This document shows positions 59,564 to 64,000 of a stretch of 64,000 nt of DNA, piece after piece. Source of the stretch: an uncultured Chloroflexia bacterium (GTDB lineage Bacteria > Chloroflexota > Limnocylindria > Limnocylindrales > CSP1-4); assembly GCA_963697135.1 (NCBI GenBank), contig CAVOMZ010000016.1:152801-216800 (forward strand), read 5' to 3'. Numbering within the stretch: the first letter of the stretch is position 1; every line of letters starts with the position of its first letter. The position numbers and the translations under genes are program-made. Under the pieces are notes generated by a model that saw nothing but the letters and a program-made list of their open reading frames with translations, searched no databases and was not told where the DNA came from.

Positions 59564-61162
59564 GGATCCTCGTGGCCGAACCCGTCGCGGCCGAGGGCCT
59601 GGCCCTCCTGCGCGAGCGGCACGAGGTCGATGAGCGCTACGGCCTGAGCCCGGCCGAGTATCGGGCCTGCTTGTCCCGGCCTACGACGGCCTGCTCGTCC
59701 GGAGCCAGGTCCAGGTCGACGCCGAGCTGATCGCGGCCGGCTCGCGCCTGGTCGTGATCGGCCGGGCCGGGGTGGGCGTCGACAATGTCGACCTCGAGGC
59801 CGCCACCCGGGCCGGGATCACCGTGGTCAACGCCCCGACCGGCAATACGATCGCCGCGGCCGAGCACACCCTCGCCCTCCTGTACGTCCTCGCCCGGCGG
59901 GTCGCCGCCGCCGACGCCTCGGTCCGCCGCGGGGAATGGAAGCGGAGCCAGTTCAGCGGGGTCGAGCTGCGCGGCCGGACGCTCGGGATCATCGGCCTGG
60001 GCAAGATCGGCCAGGCGATCGCCCAGCGCGCGCGGGCGATGGAGATGACCGTGATCGCGGTCGATCCGTTCGTCTCGGCCGAGGCCGCCGCCCTCCAGGG
60101 GGTCGAGCTGGTCGAGCTCGACGAGCTCCTCCGGCGGGCCGACGCACTGACCGTCCACGTCCCGCTCACCCGCCAGACCCGGGGGCTGATCGGGGCCGCC
60201 GAGATCGCCCGGATGAAGCCCGGCTCGTTCGTCCTGAACGTCGCCCGAGGCGGGATCCTTGACGAGGCGGCCGTGGCCGAGGCGCTCCGATCCGGGCAGC
60301 TGGGCGGAGCCGGGATCGACGTGTTCGAGCCCGAGCCGCCGGCCGGCTCGCCGCTCCTCGAGGCGCCGAACAGCGTCCTGACCCCGCACCTCGGGGCCTC
60401 GACCGCCGAGGCCCAGGTCCTCGTCGCCGAGGAGGTCGCGGCCCAGGTCATCGACGTCCTCGAGGGCCGCCCGGCGCGCTACGCCGTCAACGCCCCGCTG
60501 CTGACTCCGGAGACGGCCCGGGTCGTCGCGCCGTACCTGCCCCTGGCCGAGATCCTCGGCCGGTTCTTCGGCCAGTTCAGCCGGACGGGGATCCAGCGGC
60601 TCACCCTCGAGATCAGCGGCGAGCTCGCCCGCGAGCTGGCCGGCCAGGACGCCGCCGCCGCTGACCGCGGCAGTCCTGCGGGGCCTGCTCGAGGGCACGA
60701 CGACCGAGCGGGTGAACCTCGTCAATGCGCCGGCGCTGGCCAGGGCCCGCGGGATCGCGATCGTCGAGCGCAAGCTCGCCGGCGGCCGAGGCCTACAGCT
60801 CGCTGCTCAGCCTGACCGGCGAGGCCGGCGGGGCAACGACAACGATCGCCGGGACCGTGGTCAACGGCGAGGCCCGGCTCACCCGCCTCAACGAGCACTC
60901 GACGGACCTCGCGCCGTAGCCCGGTCATGCTCGTCACCCGCCACCACGACCGGCCCGGGACGATCGGCCGGATCGGCTCGATGCTCGGCGAGGCCGACGT
61001 CAACATCAGCGCGATGCACCTGGCCCGCTCGGAGCCGCGGGCCGACGCCCTGATGATCCTGGCCCTCGACGACGACGTCCCGGCCGCCGTGGCCGAGGCG
61101 ATCCGGCCAGCGACGACGCGGTCCTCGACCTGTGGCTGATCCACCTCGGCACGGAGCATTGA
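59560..61162 (+). CDS. serA: D-3-phosphoglycerate dehydrogenase, type I with ASB/ACT domains (frameshifted)
   Basis: GRAGVGVDNVD, GLGKIG, NVARGG, TPHLGASTAEAQ and ACT domain DRPGTIG...VNISAM. Confidence 0.95.
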
Positions 61163-61976
61163 CCGAGGCGCTCGTCCCGGAGGGACTCCACGCCACGCTC
61201 GTCCTGCTCCGTCACGGCGAGTCCGTGGCGATCACCGAGGGCCGCTTCCAGGGCCGCCTCGATACGCCCTCAGCCCGCTCGGCGAGCGGCAGGCCGAGCT
61301 GGCCGGGGACCGCCTCGCCCATCCCGGCCGGCCGCCCCAGATCGCCGTGCCCGGCGGTCGGCCCCGATCGAGATCGCCCGCTCGCCCCTGCGCCGGGCGG
61401 CGGCCACGGCCGATGCGGCGGCGGCGGCCCTGCGCGCGGTTCACGGCCCGGCGAGCCCGCTGCCGCGCCCCGAGCCGGCCTGCTCGAGATCGGCCAGGGC
61501 CCCTGGGAAGGCCTTGACCGAGCCGAGGTCGAGGCCCGCTACGGGCGGAGCTCGAGGCCTGGCGCCGAGCGCCCCACCCCAGCAACGCCCCGGGCGGCGA
61601 GCTCCTGGTCGAGGTGGATCGCCGGGTCCGAGGCGGCGCTGCCGGCGATCCTCGACCGGCTGGCCCGGTCCGGCCGGCCGGTCTCCGGTCGAGGCCACCT
61701 CGGCCTCCGGCTATCCCCGCCGACGAGCAGCCCGGCCTGGTCGCTCCTGGTCGGCCACGACGGCGTGTTCAAGGTGTCCTGCTGGCCCTCCTCGACCTGC
61801 CCCTCGAGCGGTTCTGGACGTTCTCGTTCGGGCTGACCGGGATCACGATCCTGGCGATCCACGACGGCCATGTCGTCGTCCGAGCCCACAATCTGCTCGA
61901 CCACCTTGGTCCACTCCAGGCGGACTCGGCCCCGGCGGATCGGACGGTCGGGCGCGAGGGCAGCGGAGCGCTCTGA
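61159..61976 (+). CDS. Histidine phosphatase family protein (frameshifted)
   Basis: LLRHGES, SPLRRA, EIGQG.WEG and LVGHDG. Confidence 0.8.
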
Positions 61977-62018
61977 GCCGAGGCCGGTCGGATCCATTCG
62001 ATCCGCGGTGCGCGGGGC

Positions 62019-63535
62019 TCAGCCGCCGGCGTCGCGCTTCTCGGTCTCGGCCAGCTTCTTGCGGTTCGCCTCGCGCGTCCGCAGGATCCCGCCGGCGGCC
62101 TTCATCGAATCGACCGGCGGGGGAGGATTGACCGCCCGTTTCTGGCGACCGGCCTCGCGGGCTGCCTGGCGGCCTTCTTCCCGGGCCGCCATCCGGGCCC
62201 CGATCGTCGCCTCGTAGCCTTGCTCGCTCGGTCGGTAGTAGCGCCGGTCGACGAGCTCGTCGGGCAGGTACTGCTGGTCGACGTCGGAGCCTTCGAAGTC
62301 GGGCGGGAAGCGATAGCCGACGCCGTGGCCGTAGTGCTTCAAGGCGGGATGGCCGGCGCTCCGGAGATGGAGCGGAACGGGCAGGGCTCCGCCATTCGAG
62401 GTCGGCCACGGCCGCCCAATAGGCCGAGCCGGAGCGGGTCGACTTTGGCGCGGTGGCGATGTAGGACGTCGCCTGGGCGAGAGCGTACTGGGCCTCAGGC
62501 AGCCCGACATGGTCGAGCGCCTGGGCCGCGGCCACGGCCACCTGGAGGGCCCGCGGGTCGGCGTTGCCGACGTCTTCGGAGGCGCTGATGATCAGGCGCC
62601 GGACGATGAACCGGGGATCCTCGCCGGCAGCGATCATCGTGGCCAGCCAGTACAGGGCACCGTCGGGATCGTTGCCGCGGAGGCTCTTGATGAAGGCCGA
62701 GGCCGTGTCGTAGTGGCCGTCGCCGGCCCGGTCGTAGGCCAGGATCTTCTGCTGGGCGGCGGCCTCGACATCGGCCAGGCGCGGGGCGACTCGTCCGTTC
62801 GGGCTCCGGATCCCGGCCGAATTCGGCCAGCGCGGTCGCCCCTTCCAGGACGTTCAGGGCCTGCCGGGCGTCGCCGCCGGCCAGCCCGACGAGATGGTCG
62901 AAGGCCTCGCTCTCGAGCTCGACCCCGCCGGCTGGGCCGAGCGCTCCGGCCAGGCCGCGCTGGGGGTCGTCAAGGGCTCGCTGGACGACGGTCCGGACGT
63001 CGTCGTCGGAGAGTGGTTCGAGGCGCCAGATCCGGAGCCGGGAGAGGAGGGCGCTGTTCAGCTCGAAATACGGATTCTCGGTCGTCGCTCCGATCAGGAT
63101 GAACGTGCCGTCCTCGACATGGGGCAGCAGCCCGTCCTGCTGGGACTTGTTGAAGCGATGGATCTCGTCGATGAACAGGACGCTCCGGGCGCCGCCCAGG
63201 TTGAGGCGTTCGCGGGCGGTCGCGACCGTCGCCCGGATGTCGGCGACCCCGCTCATCACCGCCGACAGGCTCATGAACTCGGCCCCGACCGCTTCGGCCA
63301 GGAGCCGGGCCAGGCTCGTCTTGCCGGTGCCCGGCGGGCCCCACAGCAGGATCGAGCCGAGGTAGCCCCGCTCGACCGAGCGGCGCAACGGCCCGTCCGG
63401 TCCGACCAGGTGCTCCTGCCCGACGTACTCGGCCAGCGAACGCGGCCGCATCCGGGCGGCGAGTGGCTGGACGCCCGGCGGCGGCTGGAAGAGCCCCGTC
63501 TGCTGGTCGGTGGTGGGTCGGCGGCTCGTCGGCAC
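62019..63535 (-). CDS. rarA: Replication-associated recombination protein A (MgsA/RarA; frameshifted)
   Basis: [35 protein letters not shown] and [10 protein letters not shown]. Confidence 0.95.
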
Positions 63536-63651
63536 CCGGCCAGTCTACGACCCGCCCAACGGCGGGAACCCGTCGAGCCGTGGGGCCTGGGCGGCGGCAG
63601 CCGCGAGGCGGCAGCCCCGGGCCTGCGTCGGCTCGGCCGTCGCCGGTCCTA

Positions 63652-63810
63652 GTCGCCGGAGGCGAACAAATCGATGGGAACGATCAATTGGAACGCGGCC
63701 ACTCCTGGGCGTCGTCCGATTTGTTCGCCGGAGGCAGACAGATGGCGCGAATCGTCGGCAGACAAGGGTTTGGAACCTGCGATTCGGCCGTTCTGTTCGC
63801 GTCAGGCGAC
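63652..63810. repeat. REP/BIME-like palindromic mosaic
   Basis: GGCGAACAAATCG (63661-63673) is inverted at 63717-63729. TCGCCGGAGGC occurs twice. TTCTGTTCGCGTCAGGCGAC (63791-63810) is an inverted variant of the first unit. Confidence 0.65.
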
Positions 63811-63858
63811 CTGGCCACGAGCCGGGGCCTTTGGCGACATGGCCTGCCCCGGCCGCCC

Positions 63859-64000
63859 TCAGCGCCGCGGACGATCGACTCTGGGCGCTCGCGCGGCGGC
63901 GGCGATCAGCTCCTCGGCGACCATCTCGAACGGCTCCGTGCTGCGTTCCGCCCGGCTCCCGACGACGGCGCCTTCACTCGCCGCGACGAGGGTTGCTGCG
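63859..64000 (-). CDS. C-terminal end of an unidentified gene entering from the window edge
   Basis: Minus strand ...STEPFEMVAEELIAAARERPESIVRGA* with high-GC3 codons. Confidence 0.4.
   Translation of the reverse strand, partial: AATLVAASEGAVVGSRAERSTEPFEMVAEELIAAAARAPRVDRPRR

Overview
Very GC-rich bacterial chromosomal window with mostly core genes. The lineage is an inference from the gene mix (T-box-controlled valS, actinobacterial-type fhaA-fhaB-rodA-pbpA, many leaderless starts), which suggests a Chloroflexota/Limnocylindria-like organism. Almost every long gene, including essential ones, has 1-bp frameshifts, most simply explained as long-read indel errors, so gene ends are approximate. 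From left to right: an ABC ATPase fragment with a leader-peptide attenuator; a DUF2723 glycosyltransferase; a GGDEF protein; an AAA+/VWA pair; a class II aldolase; an XRE-HTH/PD-(D/E)XK nuclease gene bracketed by two oppositely oriented short-repeat arrays (top finding); a ~16.5 kb amine catabolism cluster (APC permease, two choline-kinase-like genes, two GcvT-fused FAD dehydrogenases, IMPase/HisN, class III aminotransferase, PotABCD-like ABC); mrp; cinA; tRNA-Leu-tig-clpP-clpX; T-box-valS; a zinc-ribbon/HTH cluster followed by a ~190-nt rod-like candidate ncRNA; a long disordered zinc-finger protein; an FHA/rodA/pbpA operon; a GH63 glucosidase; MoxR-DUF58-transglutaminase; a non-canonical serine operon; rarA; and a REP/BIME-like palindromic element. 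No CRISPR-Cas, rRNA, prophage or transposase was recognised.
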